A stretch of DNA of 64,000 nt. It comes from Minisyncoccia bacterium. GTDB taxonomy: Bacteria; Patescibacteriota; Minisyncoccia; UBA6257; JAAZHW01. The notes beneath the pieces were generated by a model that did no database searches, was not told the DNA's origin, and saw nothing but the letters and a program-made list of their open reading frames with translations. Numbering within the stretch: position 1 is the first letter of the stretch; each line of letters begins with the position of its first letter. Positions 18,774 to 29,128 of this stretch are shown here, piece after piece. The DNA lies in NCBI GenBank assembly GCA_049720475.1, contig JBNASH010000033.1, positions 3,784-67,783 of the forward strand, in the 5' to 3' direction. The position numbers and the translations under genes were made by a program.

Positions 18774-20174
18774 TTATCGCCAAGTTGGCAACCACAATCG
18801 CTGGAGATATTGTTGATCCGTTAAAGAAAGACCATAACTCAATGGCGCAAAATACAAAAAGGATTGAATAATAACAATAAAAATAACAATTAAAATCAAA
18901 GGTTTGATGCGCAAGAAAAACCATAATAAGAAGCCACTAATCAAAGTCATAAAAATAAAAGATGGAAAATAATGATAAATAAAAGCCGGCCGGGTAATAA
19001 AAACATAAGGCAAGAGGTTTAAAAGATAACCAAAGGTTAAGATGAGCAGCGGTTGGAAATAAATTGTTTTATCTTTAAATCGCAATTCATAAAGTAAAGC
19101 AAAAATAGCAAAAATAGCACATAAAAAACCCAACCACCAAATTAAAGGATTACCAATCAAATAAATTCTCTCATTCGTTTGATCACTAATATTTTTGTGC
19201 CATTCAAAAATAGGGCGATACATTATTGGCCAGCTATACCATTTCGAACTATAAGGATGACTTTGTTTAATGCTGGCATTAGCAGCAAACATTTTTACAT
19301 TTAATTCAATAATGCGTTTGATTAAATTTGGCGGTTCATATTTACCATAATATTGATTGCCCAACAAAGCGCTTTGCGATTGTGGGGATAGAAAAGCATC
19401 ATGATTTGGTCCGCCAGTATACGGCAAACTTAATAAATGGATAGCAAAAACCCCAAAATAAACCAAAACAAAAATAACAAACATTATTATTGATTCTTTA
19501 ATAAATAGTTGGAATTTTTTATGAGAAATTCTGTCCAACAACAAAATCAAAGCGCCGACAGCAACAAAAACCAAAGCCGTCCACTTGACCAAAACGCTAG
19601 CTGTTAAAAATAAACTGGCCAAGAATAATTCTGGAAAAGAATTAGCATCTAATTTTTTATAATCCCTCAAACGCAAAACAAAATAAATACCTAAAGCGCC
19701 AAACGCCAAAAGAAAAATATCGGTAAAAATATAGCGCGATTGAACTAAAATGGCGTTGTCAAAAATAATAAATAATGATGCCAAAAAGCCTGGCCATTTA
19801 TTGTAAAATAATCTTTTGCCAATTCCATAAACAGCCAAAACCAAAATTAAACTAAAAAACATTTCTACCGCTCTAAACAATTTATAAAAATCGCCTTTAT
19901 ATTTATTACCAATTTGGGAGAAATCAGTATTGTTTGTTTCATCAAAACCAAAAATTTTTCCAGTTGCTGCCAAAATCATTTTTGCCAGCGGCGGATGAAT
20001 ATCAAAATAAAATTCACCTTTGAAATAATTGGTTGACCAACGAGCAAAATAAACTTCATCAAAAACAACTTCATCCGGATGACCAAAATAAGGAATTCTA
20101 GTTGCAGCCGTTAAAATAATGAGGATTGTAATCAAAACCCATTCTTTTTGAAAAAATTTAAGCATTTTTTTCAT
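18774..20174 (-). CDS. GT39/GT83-type (PMT/ArnT-like) lipid-carrier-dependent glycosyltransferase.
   Basis: A DE motif in the first loop (HPDEVVFDEVYF) with ~11 TM segments, as in protein O-mannosyltransferase-like enzymes. Confidence 0.55.
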   Translation of the reverse strand: MKKMLKFFQKEWVLITILIILTAATRIPYFGHPDEVVFDEVYFARWSTNYFKGEFYFDIHPPLAKMILAATGKIFGFDETNNTDFSQIGNKYKGDFYKLFRAVEMFFSLILVLAVYGIGKRLFYNKWPGFLASLFIIFDNAILVQSRYIFTDIFLLAFGALGIYFVLRLRDYKKLDANSFPELFLASLFLTASVLVKWTALVFVAVGALILLLDRISHKKFQLFIKESIIMFVIFVLVYFGVFAIHLLSLPYTGGPNHDAFLSPQSQSALLGNQYYGKYEPPNLIKRIIELNVKMFAANASIKQSHPYSSKWYSWPIMYRPIFEWHKNISDQTNERIYLIGNPLIWWLGFLCAIFAIFALLYELRFKDKTIYFQPLLILTFGYLLNLLPYVFITRPAFIYHYFPSFIFMTLISGFLLWFFLRIKPLILIVIFIVIIQSFLYFAPLSYGLSLTDQQYLQRLWLPTWR

Positions 20175-20995
20175 AATTGAAATAAATTAAAACAATTTTC
20201 TGTAGTTATTTCAGCAATTTTATTTAAAGACATTTTTTTGATTTTGGCAACTTTTTCGGCAATAAATTCCACAAAAATCGGCTCATTTCTTTTTCCTCGA
20301 TAAGGAACCGGTGCGACATAAGGACAGTCTGTTTCTACTAATAATTTATCCAAGGGCAAAGAGGCGATAATATTATCATAACTTTCCGTAAAAGTAATCA
20401 CGCCTGGAAAAGAAATATAAAATCCGTGTTGAATAAATTCTTTAGCCAGTTTTAAATCGCCGGAAAAAAAATGAACCACTCCACTCCGAACACTTTTTTC
20501 ATTAAATCCATAATTTTTTAAAATTTCTAAAGCATCAAAGTAAGCATCTAAATTTTTGCTGGCGCGAAGATGCAAAACTAAAGGTTTTTGAATTTCTTTG
20601 GCAAATTCTATTTGTTTTTTAAATTCTTCCTTTTGCTTTTCTCTGGCTTCTTTTGATGAGTTATGAAAATAATCCAAACCACATTCGCCCACTCCTACTA
20701 TTTTCTTGCTTTGCGCCAATTGAAAAAATTTCTCTTTCATAAAAAATTCAACCTCGCTTTCTCCCTCATTTGGATCTCGAGATTCAAAAAGATGAATAGG
20801 ATGAAGTCCTATTACCGCATATAAAAAATCATATTCTTCTGCTAATTCCAATGCTTTTTGGGATAATAAAAAATTAGAACCAATATTAATGGCCCAAATA
20901 TTTTTCTGCTTCATCCGCTCAATGACTTCTTTTCTATCATTATCATAAGCGGCAAATTGCAAATGGGCGTGAGAATCAATTAGAAATGGTTTCAT
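20171..20995 (-). CDS. tatD: TatD-family metal-dependent DNase/hydrolase.
   Basis: DSHAHL ... GLHP ... GECGLDY ... HLR ... ETDCPY motifs. It lies downstream of metG, a common operon arrangement. Confidence 0.85.
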   Translation of the reverse strand: MKPFLIDSHAHLQFAAYDNDRKEVIERMKQKNIWAINIGSNFLLSQKALELAEEYDFLYAVIGLHPIHLFESRDPNEGESEVEFFMKEKFFQLAQSKKIVGVGECGLDYFHNSSKEAREKQKEEFKKQIEFAKEIQKPLVLHLRASKNLDAYFDALEILKNYGFNEKSVRSGVVHFFSGDLKLAKEFIQHGFYISFPGVITFTESYDNIIASLPLDKLLVETDCPYVAPVPYRGKRNEPIFVEFIAEKVAKIKKMSLNKIAEITTENCFNLFQL

Positions 20996-20996
20996 A

Positions 20997-22475
20997 TTAA
21001 TTTAATCGCGGGAAAAGAGGCGGAATTCTTTTGACCGTAAATTCTTTGCCTAAAAAATTAATTTCGTTTTTAATCCCCAACGAATCCTTTATCTTTAAAG
21101 CGGTGTTGGGAAGATAAGGAGAAATTAAATCAGCTAAATTAGCGAGAATCAGCCACAAACTGCTCAAAATCTCATTCTTCTTTTGAACATCTTCAATCGC
21201 CCAAACTTGTGTTTGATTTATAAAAACATCAGCTTTGCTAATCAATTGCAAGAAAGCCTCGGCCGCTTGATTAAATCGGAAATCATTCATTGCTTCATCA
21301 TATTTTTGCCACGTCTCATCAATTTCATTTTTTAATAAATTGCTATTGATTTTAATTCTTCCTCCTTGTTTTTCGATTAATGCCACTACGCGATTTAATA
21401 AATTCCCCAAACCATTAGCCAATTCTTTTTCATAGCGCTCTTTAATGTTGGTTATTGTCAAATTGCCATCCTGCGCCAATGAAAATTCTTTTAGCAAATA
21501 ATAACGAATGGTTTCCACGCCAAATTGATTAGCCAATTCCACTGGATCAATAATATTGCCAATTGATTTAGACATTTTTTGACCTTCTACGGTAATAAAT
21601 CCATGAATAATAATTTTAGTTGGCAAACGCACACCAGCTGATAAAAGCATCGCCGGCCAATAAATGCAGTGGAATTTTGTAATGTCTTTACCAATAAAAT
21701 GCCAGATTTGGGTGGAAGGATCGTCCCACCAAGCGCGATACAAAGGAGAATTAATAGCATAACCCAAAGCTGTTATATAATTGCAAAGCGCATCAAACCA
21801 AACATAAATAATTTGACTATCGTCGTTCGGCACAGAAATACCCCAATTATGCGCTCGTTCTTTAGAACGTGAGATACTAAAATCTTTTAATCCGCCTTTA
21901 ATAAAATTCTCCACTTCCACCTTTCGATTTTCCGGCACAATTTGAATTTGATTAGTTTGATAAATCTCCTCTAATTTTTTCTCGTAATTAGAGAGTTTAA
22001 AAAAATAATTTCTTTCTGAAACCACCTGCGGCGGAGTTTTATGATTTGGGCATAATCCATCTATCAAATCCGTATCTTTTAAAAAATCTTCACAACCAAC
22101 ACAATATAATCCTTGATAATCACTCTGATAAATATCTTTTTGGGCGGCTTGCCAAAATTTTTTTACACCATCAATATGGCGCTTTTCGGTTGTGCGGATA
22201 AAATCAGAAATGCTAATATCATAAAGTTTTAAAATATCTTTAAATAACTGCGCCTTCTCATTAACCAAATCTATCGGCGAAATTCCTATCTTTTCCGCCG
22301 CTAAAGCATTCTTTAAACTATTTTCATCAACGCCGGTTAAAAAATAAACGTCATTGCCTTTGAGGCGTTGATAACGCGCCACGCAATCAGCTTGAATAAA
22401 TTCTAAAACATGACCAATATGCGGATCGGCATTAACATAAGGAATGGCAGTTGTAATATAAATTTTTTTGAGCAT
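20997..22475 (-). CDS. metG: Methionyl-tRNA synthetase.
   Basis: PYVNADPHIGH (HIGH motif), a CxxC...CxxH zinc knuckle, and KMSKS. Confidence 0.8.
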   Translation of the reverse strand: MLKKIYITTAIPYVNADPHIGHVLEFIQADCVARYQRLKGNDVYFLTGVDENSLKNALAAEKIGISPIDLVNEKAQLFKDILKLYDISISDFIRTTEKRHIDGVKKFWQAAQKDIYQSDYQGLYCVGCEDFLKDTDLIDGLCPNHKTPPQVVSERNYFFKLSNYEKKLEEIYQTNQIQIVPENRKVEVENFIKGGLKDFSISRSKERAHNWGISVPNDDSQIIYVWFDALCNYITALGYAINSPLYRAWWDDPSTQIWHFIGKDITKFHCIYWPAMLLSAGVRLPTKIIIHGFITVEGQKMSKSIGNIIDPVELANQFGVETIRYYLLKEFSLAQDGNLTITNIKERYEKELANGLGNLLNRVVALIEKQGGRIKINSNLLKNEIDETWQKYDEAMNDFRFNQAAEAFLQLISKADVFINQTQVWAIEDVQKKNEILSSLWLILANLADLISPYLPNTALKIKDSLGIKNEINFLGKEFTVKRIPPLFPRLN

Positions 22476-22517
22476 AATAAAATAATAATTGTCGATTTTT
22501 AAATTTCAAATTTAAAA

Positions 22518-23036
22518 ATGATTCTAAGTGTTCACTTTATCACCGGCGCGGCAATCACCAAACTAATTCCAAACAAATTGATTGCTTATCCTCTAGCATT
22601 TTTCAGTCATTTTTTGCTTGATGCTTTGCCGCATACTGATTATTCACTTAAAGGTCTTTCTGCTGGCTGGAAAAAACAAACTTTTTACGAAGCTATCTCA
22701 AGTTTAATTTTAGACTTATTATTTGGTATTGCTTTTATTATAATCTGGGCGATGGCTTTTGACAATTTTAATATCACAATGGCTTTAACAGGTGGCTTTT
22801 TGGGGGTTTTACCAGATTTTCTTAATCTTATCGCATATGGTCTGCACAATAAAAATTTTCTATTGTTTATTAAAGGTCATCCCCTAACCGAACTTGAAGA
22901 ATTTAAAACCAAGACCCAAAATCCTTATTATCGCTTTCATCATTTTATACACAACAAAAAAGAGCCGAGTAATTTTTTAGGCATTATAACGCAATTGATT
23001 GTTTTTTTAGTGAGTTTAATTGTTTTGGTAAAATAA
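22518..23036 (+). CDS. Membrane protein, possibly a membrane-bound metal-dependent hydrolase (YdjM/DUF457-like).
   Basis: 172 aa with 4 TM segments and the pattern HFLLDALPHTDY. Confidence 0.3.
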   Translation: MILSVHFITGAAITKLIPNKLIAYPLAFFSHFLLDALPHTDYSLKGLSAGWKKQTFYEAISSLILDLLFGIAFIIIWAMAFDNFNITMALTGGFLGVLPDFLNLIAYGLHNKNFLLFIKGHPLTELEEFKTKTQNPYYRFHHFIHNKKEPSNFLGIITQLIVFLVSLIVLVK

Positions 23037-23037
23037 A

Positions 23038-23066
23038 AATGGCGAACCGGAGGCTCGCCATTTTTC
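23038..23066. terminator. Bidirectional terminator hairpin between convergent genes.
   Basis: aaaaTGGCGAaccggaggcTCGCCAttttt. Confidence 0.5.
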
Positions 23067-23070
23067 TATT

Positions 23071-24117
23071 TTACGGCAAAGGGGGTGCTTCTGGCTCTCC
23101 TTTTTTATTAATCTCTTTAATTGTTTCTTCAATAACAATAATAGTTGGCAAAGCAATTAAAACGCCCACCACGCCACCTAATTTAGCACCAATCAATAAA
23201 CCCAAAATAACAATTACTGGATTAAACCCAATGGTTTTCTTCATCGTCAAAGGAATTACCAAATCATTTTCTAATCGCTGAATTAAAATAAAAGCAAGTG
23301 CTGTCCATAAGGCCAACGGCACTGATTGCGTTAAAGCAACTAAAGTTGCTACAATGCCAGCCAAAATTGGACCAACCACTGGAACTAATTCACAAAACGC
23401 ACCAAATAACGCCAAAACAAAAGCGTATCTTACACCCAACAAAAGCAAAGCCGCTAAATCCAAAACACCAATGAAAGTACTTAACAAAAGCTGAACCCGC
23501 AACCATTTCCCCAATCGCAATTTCGAACGATACCAAATTTTTAATACTGTTGTTTCAATGCTTGCCGGCAAAACAAATTTTATAAAATCCGCCACACCAT
23601 CTTTTTTAAGCAAAAGATAAAAGGAAATTAAAAAGACGGTTACAACCGAAACAATGCCGCCACCCAAATTAAACAAAATAGCAAAAAACCTGCCGGCATC
23701 CTGAAACAAAGAACCTTGATAAGTTGATAAGAAATCCAAAATTTTCTCACCTAATTGAGAAGTGGTGGCTGACCCAAAAAACTTTTCTGAAAATCCTGGC
23801 AATAAATTACCAATGTTTAAAATTTGCTCATAAACAATCGGAAAAGAAAAATACAAAATGGCAGCCAAAAGAAGCAAGATGCCTAAATAAATAATAATTG
23901 CGCCCAAAAAACGCGGCCAGCGCTTTTTTTCAAACCAATCAACCAAAGGCGTTAAAGCCGCCGCTACAATAATCGCCACAAAAAGCATCACAAAAACTGA
24001 CCTTAAAACATAAATTAAGGCCAAAATAATCACAAGCAAAAACAACCTCCAAAAACTCATCCACGATATTTCCAATGTTTGCCTCTCTTTAGCCATCAGT
24101 TTTATTATAAAAATCAA
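23071..24117 (-). CDS. AI-2E family transporter (PerM/YhhT, UPF0118).
   Basis: 348 aa with 8 TM segments and an AI-2E-like conserved C-terminal region. Confidence 0.65.
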   Translation of the reverse strand: MIFIIKLMAKERQTLEISWMSFWRLFLLVIILALIYVLRSVFVMLFVAIIVAAALTPLVDWFEKKRWPRFLGAIIIYLGILLLLAAILYFSFPIVYEQILNIGNLLPGFSEKFFGSATTSQLGEKILDFLSTYQGSLFQDAGRFFAILFNLGGGIVSVVTVFLISFYLLLKKDGVADFIKFVLPASIETTVLKIWYRSKLRLGKWLRVQLLLSTFIGVLDLAALLLLGVRYAFVLALFGAFCELVPVVGPILAGIVATLVALTQSVPLALWTALAFILIQRLENDLVIPLTMKKTIGFNPVIVILGLLIGAKLGGVVGVLIALPTIIVIEETIKEINKKGEPEAPPLP

Positions 24118-24188
24118 AAATAATTTAGCAAATAGAAACTCTGGGAAACTCAGTTTTTATTCTTTAAATCCTGGGTTATAATAAAAAT

Positions 24189-25274
24189 ATGAAAATTTTA
24201 CTTGTTATTACACACGGAAAAATTGGCGGAGCTACTAATATGGTCTATTGGCTGGCGAAAGGAATAAAAGACGCTGGAGAAAATGTTGTGGTGAGTTTTG
24301 GTGAAGGAGAATATCTTAGACAAAAACTCGAAAAAGAAAATATTCCCTACTACAATTTCAAATGGCTCAAGAGAACGCACAATCCTTTTGCTAATCTCTG
24401 TTTTATTGCGGAAATTAAAAAATTCCTGGACAAAAACCATTTTGACATCATTCATTTGAATTCCACCAATGCTTTATTTGGTGCAATTGGTGCCAAACTT
24501 TCTCAATCAAAACCAAAAACCATTTTTACTTTTCACGGTCTTTCAATTTTAGATCCTAATTATAAAAAACTTTTCCTTTTGAAAATATTTTATTGGTTAT
24601 TATTCAAATTTTTGCTAATTTTTGTTGATATTCCAGTTTTTGTTTGTCAAAAAAATTTAGAAATTGCGCAAAAAATCGGCCTAATAAAAAAGGGAGTGGT
24701 AATTTACAATGGGATAGAAAAACCTGAATTTTTAGACAGAGAACGAGTTAGAAAATTTTTTGAAGAAAAATTAAAAATGTCTTTGAAAGATATTTTTGTT
24801 ATCGGCTCAATTGGCAGATTAGACTATTCAAAAAATTATGAGTTTTTAATTGGGATTTTTCCAGAAATTCTAAAAATTAAAGAAAAGGCCATTTTAATTA
24901 TTATCGGCGAAGGACCAGAAAGAAAAAAATATGAAAATTTAATTGCAAATTTGAATTTGAAAAATAAAATTTTTCTTATCGGAGAAATTCCAAACGCTTC
25001 ACAATATATAAAAGGTTTTGATTTGTTTGTTTTGCCATCGCGTTATGAAGGATTATCAGTTACTCTAATCGAAGCTGTATTTGCTCAAATACCAATTTTA
25101 GCTTCAGATGTAGGTGGAAATAAAGAAATTGTCGGGGAAGAACATACTTTCAACCTCAATAACAAACAAGATTTTTTAGAAAAAATTAAAAAAATTAAAA
25201 ATTCAGAAGAAAGAGGAAGTGTTTTCAAAATTGAAGAAATGATCAAGAAATATTTATCTTTTTATTTATCCTAA
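24189..25274 (+). CDS. Glycosyltransferase family 1 (GT4-type).
   Basis: The EX7E region EGLSVTLIEAVFAQIPILASDVGG. Confidence 0.75.
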   Translation: MKILLVITHGKIGGATNMVYWLAKGIKDAGENVVVSFGEGEYLRQKLEKENIPYYNFKWLKRTHNPFANLCFIAEIKKFLDKNHFDIIHLNSTNALFGAIGAKLSQSKPKTIFTFHGLSILDPNYKKLFLLKIFYWLLFKFLLIFVDIPVFVCQKNLEIAQKIGLIKKGVVIYNGIEKPEFLDRERVRKFFEEKLKMSLKDIFVIGSIGRLDYSKNYEFLIGIFPEILKIKEKAILIIIGEGPERKKYENLIANLNLKNKIFLIGEIPNASQYIKGFDLFVLPSRYEGLSVTLIEAVFAQIPILASDVGGNKEIVGEEHTFNLNNKQDFLEKIKKIKNSEERGSVFKIEEMIKKYLSFYLS

Positions 25275-26465
25275 TAATTTCTTCCATTGATCAATAATCT
25301 TCTCTGCTGAAAAATCAACTGCTCTTTCTTTTGCTTTTTTTGAATATTCTTTTCTTAGACTCTCATTCTTTAAAAATTCCTTTAAGGTTTCAACCCAAAT
25401 TTTTTCCTTTTCTGTTAGAGGATCTTCTGCGTTTTGAAATTTATTCTCGAAAGCTGGCATTAAAATTCCGTATTCTCCAAATTCTGGTTTTTGAATCTTT
25501 TTTAACAAATTAGTATTCGGGGCCAAAATTTCCCTCGGACCAGATTGGCAATCAGAACTAATTATCGGAACCCCACACGCCAAAGATTCTAATAAAACCA
25601 TGGGAAAGCCCTCCCACAAAGAAGGTAAAACAAAAAGAGCTGATTTTGCTATAAATTTAAAAGGATTTTTTTGGAATCCCAAAAAGTAAACATCAAAATC
25701 CGAACTTAAATCATCCTTATCCCACATAAAAGTCTTTAAACCAAGTTCTGTGGAAATTTTAAATAAATAATTTCTTAATTCACCATCTCCCAATATAACA
25801 AGTTTTAACATTGGAAAATCGTCTTTTAATGCTTTATAAATTCTAAGCAAAAACCACTGCCCCTTTTGTCTAGTTAAACGCCCAATATTTATAAGGACAG
25901 GATTGCAAAAAATATCCTCATATTCTTTTAATTCTTCCTGCATTTTTTCTTGTATATCTTTAAAATCAATTGGATTATAAATAACTTTAATTTTTTGTGG
26001 TTGAATTTTATAGAATTTTTCAAGTTCACTTTTTATACCCTCAGAAACCGAAATTATTATATCCGCTTTAGGATAAAGAATTCTTGTTAATAAATTATAT
26101 GGATGCAACTTTGACCTTCCTACAGATTGGGACATATGTACAGAAATAATGGTTTTATGTTTACTTAACAAAGAAGCTAAAATATTAACATAATTTGCTC
26201 GCTCTAACATCGAAACTATTATAGAATCACTCCGAATTTTTTTAGCTAATCTCCAAGCATAAATTGGAATAAAAAGACTCTTCAAAATAGGACTGAATTT
26301 AATGTGATGATCTGATAAGAATTCTATTTGTTGGTTATTTAATTGGTACTTTACATCTTTTTCTAATAGGAAAATTTTAGAAAAATTCAAAAAATTGTAG
26401 AGATTTATAGCTACTCTTTCAGCGCCTCCAAAGGCTAATGAATTAATAAGAATGTATCTATTCAT
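25266..26465 (-). CDS. Glycosyltransferase family 1 (GT4-type).
   Basis: EGFPMVLLESLACGVPIISSD. Confidence 0.75.
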   Translation of the reverse strand: MNRYILINSLAFGGAERVAINLYNFLNFSKIFLLEKDVKYQLNNQQIEFLSDHHIKFSPILKSLFIPIYAWRLAKKIRSDSIIVSMLERANYVNILASLLSKHKTIISVHMSQSVGRSKLHPYNLLTRILYPKADIIISVSEGIKSELEKFYKIQPQKIKVIYNPIDFKDIQEKMQEELKEYEDIFCNPVLINIGRLTRQKGQWFLLRIYKALKDDFPMLKLVILGDGELRNYLFKISTELGLKTFMWDKDDLSSDFDVYFLGFQKNPFKFIAKSALFVLPSLWEGFPMVLLESLACGVPIISSDCQSGPREILAPNTNLLKKIQKPEFGEYGILMPAFENKFQNAEDPLTEKEKIWVETLKEFLKNESLRKEYSKKAKERAVDFSAEKIIDQWKKLLG

Positions 26466-27400
26466 TTTATATACAAATAATAAATAATTTCTATAATGTG
26501 TCTGGCTTTATAAGGAGAAATAAGATAGATAAGCCATTTAAAATAGTTATGAAGTTTGGGGCTAAATTTTATGATTATATTTTCTAAATATTGAGATAGA
26601 TAATCTAAAAATTTTGCAAAAAAATTAATTTTTCCATTTAAAACTTTTTTTAGATCAACTTCGCTCACTTCTTTATTTTTTCTTAAATTGTCTGCTATTA
26701 AAAAAGTCAATTTTAGCTGCATTGGTCGTTGGACAGATATTCTACCTCTTCGATACTCTACTCTATATTTAAGAAGAGGTTCATTAATGAAGCCTATTTG
26801 GCACCCATTTAAAACCGCTCGTGCTAATAATTCGTAATCCTCAACTGTTTGAAATTGAGGACGATAATAATTCAATTTTGTAATAAAAGATTTTCTAAAA
26901 AACCAAGTAGGGTGCGGGATTGGACTTATACCGGCGCAAAGTTTTTTTATGATTGTTTCTTTTGTTAAGCTTTTCGATTCGTTCAAAATCTGATTTTGGG
27001 GATTTATAAAAATTACCTTGCTACCAACCAAATCAATTTGTGGATTTTGTTTCATGTAATTTAATTGTGTTTCGAATCTATGCAATAAAGCAATATCATC
27101 AGCGTCCATACGGGCTATAAATTCTCCTTCGGCTAAGGAAATTGCTTTATTTAATGATTGTGGCAATCCCAAATTTTTCTCATTAATAATCAATCTTGCT
27201 CTGTCATCGTTGTTTAAACAATTTTTTACGGCATTATAAACTCTCAAAAATTCCGCATCATCTTTTCCTGTATCTATAACAATTAATAATTCAAATTTTT
27301 TAAAAGTTTGATTGAGTACGCTCTTTATAGATTCCTGAACATATTCATCCTTCTCTTTAAATACGGGTAAAATTACTGAAAGAGTAATTTTGTGAAACAT
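26462..27400 (-). CDS. Glycosyltransferase family 2.
   Basis: LSVILPVFKE ... ARMDADD (DxD) ... QTVEDYEL. Confidence 0.75.
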   Translation of the reverse strand: MFHKITLSVILPVFKEKDEYVQESIKSVLNQTFKKFELLIVIDTGKDDAEFLRVYNAVKNCLNNDDRARLIINEKNLGLPQSLNKAISLAEGEFIARMDADDIALLHRFETQLNYMKQNPQIDLVGSKVIFINPQNQILNESKSLTKETIIKKLCAGISPIPHPTWFFRKSFITKLNYYRPQFQTVEDYELLARAVLNGCQIGFINEPLLKYRVEYRRGRISVQRPMQLKLTFLIADNLRKNKEVSEVDLKKVLNGKINFFAKFLDYLSQYLENIIIKFSPKLHNYFKWLIYLISPYKARHIIEIIYYLYIK

Positions 27401-27434
27401 GCCTCTATCATAAAAAATAACGACGCTATAAAAA

Positions 27435-28460
27435 TTAAGCTTTAAAAATTCTTCTTAATTTAAACTTTATTCTACTTTTGTAAATTTTTTTTAAATCCTT
27501 CCACGATAAATCCCTTTTTATCCCATCAATTAGATCACATGTATAAAAACATGGCTGACATTTTTTTGATATAATTATATTTTTAATTTCTTCCACTTTA
27601 TTTGAATTTTGTTGAAATAAATTTATTAAACTTAAGTCATAATCCTTTAAATTGCCCAGACACAAATCTGCAACTAATCCATCACAAGGATAAACATTTC
27701 CATCGCTATCTATAACTATTTTTTTTATTAATCCATAACATGGAAAAATTGTTTGACCATTATTAATATTGCGAATTAAATAATATTGGGGGAGGTATTC
27801 TGGATAAATATGTGAGAGTTTTTGAAGGATCGTCTCCAACTCTCGCAAGTCTTTTGAAGAAAATTTTGTAAAACCTTGATTGCCATCTAAATCCCCATAT
27901 CTAGAATCCATACGCCCAATTCCCATAATAATATCTACCCCCCGACTTCTCCAATAATGAAAAAATGGTATTGTTTCCTGAATATTAAAAGGGAAGGCTG
28001 TATAACTTAAAGAAAATGTGATATTATTCTTTTTTAAAAAATAAATTAGATTTTCTATTTTTTGATAATTTCCCACTATATTGCGAGAAAAATCATGAAT
28101 TTGCTGAAATCCATTGCAAGACAAGGAAATATCAAAAGGAATTTTCTTTTTTTTCAATAAAAGTACGTCTCTTTTTATCTTATCTATTAAAATTCCATTT
28201 GTGGCAAAAGATATTCTTGCTCCTGAGGTGCGATGAATAATTTCTGCAATTTCAACAAAATTTTCTTTTAAAGAAACTTCACCTCCTGTTAAATAAACTA
28301 TTTTAGCTTTTACATTGGAATAGATTTTTTTTAGGCTTTCTATCTTTAGAATTTCATCATTGCTCTTTTTTATCTCACCTCGCCAGATAGAACATGTGAT
28401 ACATTTCGAATTGCATCGCCATGTTAAATATTGAATTATAGTGTCAAATTGTAATGACAT
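27435..28460 (-). CDS. Radical SAM enzyme with a C-terminal SPASM/twitch domain.
   Basis: CNSKCITCS is the CX3CX2C cluster and GGEVSL is the SAM-binding motif. The C-terminal Cys cluster CYGLIKK...PCDGL...CLGNL...CQPCFYTCD is SPASM-like. Confidence 0.75.
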   Translation of the reverse strand: MSLQFDTIIQYLTWRCNSKCITCSIWRGEIKKSNDEILKIESLKKIYSNVKAKIVYLTGGEVSLKENFVEIAEIIHRTSGARISFATNGILIDKIKRDVLLLKKKKIPFDISLSCNGFQQIHDFSRNIVGNYQKIENLIYFLKKNNITFSLSYTAFPFNIQETIPFFHYWRSRGVDIIMGIGRMDSRYGDLDGNQGFTKFSSKDLRELETILQKLSHIYPEYLPQYYLIRNINNGQTIFPCYGLIKKIVIDSDGNVYPCDGLVADLCLGNLKDYDLSLINLFQQNSNKVEEIKNIIISKKCQPCFYTCDLIDGIKRDLSWKDLKKIYKSRIKFKLRRIFKA

Positions 28461-29102
28461 TTATTTTTGTTTTTTTCGACACTTAAAATAAAAAGTTTTC
28501 ATATAGCTTAAATTTCTAACACATTTAAAGTTTTCGATGATAAAATAACGTCCTAATATTTTTGAAATTTGTACAAAAGTAAAATGATGTGGATGAGGCT
28601 TATCTTCCCAAATGCCAAATATCTCTAAAATTTTTTCAATAATTAAAAAGGGTTTGGAATAAGTATTGATTAAAAAATTTAACTCCCCGTCATTTTTTAA
28701 TATTCGATGCATTTCTCTTAAACCAAGCTCTGGATCTTCGATATGATCTAAAACGTTGATACAAAAAACTATATCAACATAATCGTCTTCTAAAGGAATA
28801 GCCTCCGCGGTAGCATTAATAAATTTAGTATTAGAATCTAAAGTATATTTTTTACTATATAAATTTATAAGAGGGTCTAATCCTATTTTTTCTTTGGCAT
28901 CCGTAATATAATGTACAACCCCCCTTGGTCCACATCCAACATCAATAATAGTTTTGTTTTTGGTATTAATACCACTGAGCAAATATTTCTTCCATCTTTC
29001 TTCTTCAACTTCATTCAATGCTAAGGAATTCCAAAAATTTAACTCTGCATCTTGAGCCTCCTTCCATCTATTTTTTTTATCTTTTTTTTGTATTATTACC
29101 AT
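28461..29102 (-). CDS. Class I SAM-dependent methyltransferase.
   Basis: IIDVGCGPRG (motif I) ... DIVFCINVLDHIEDP (motif II/III region). Confidence 0.75.
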   Translation of the reverse strand: MVIIQKKDKKNRWKEAQDAELNFWNSLALNEVEEERWKKYLLSGINTKNKTIIDVGCGPRGVVHYITDAKEKIGLDPLINLYSKKYTLDSNTKFINATAEAIPLEDDYVDIVFCINVLDHIEDPELGLREMHRILKNDGELNFLINTYSKPFLIIEKILEIFGIWEDKPHPHHFTFVQISKILGRYFIIENFKCVRNLSYMKTFYFKCRKKQK

Positions 29103-29128
29103 ATTTTCATAAAACTTTTTAAATGCTG

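Noticed and set aside
18727-18924. The 65 aa ORF overlapping the junction of the dgkA-like and GT39-like genes.
   Set aside because: It overlaps two well-supported genes and is probably non-coding.
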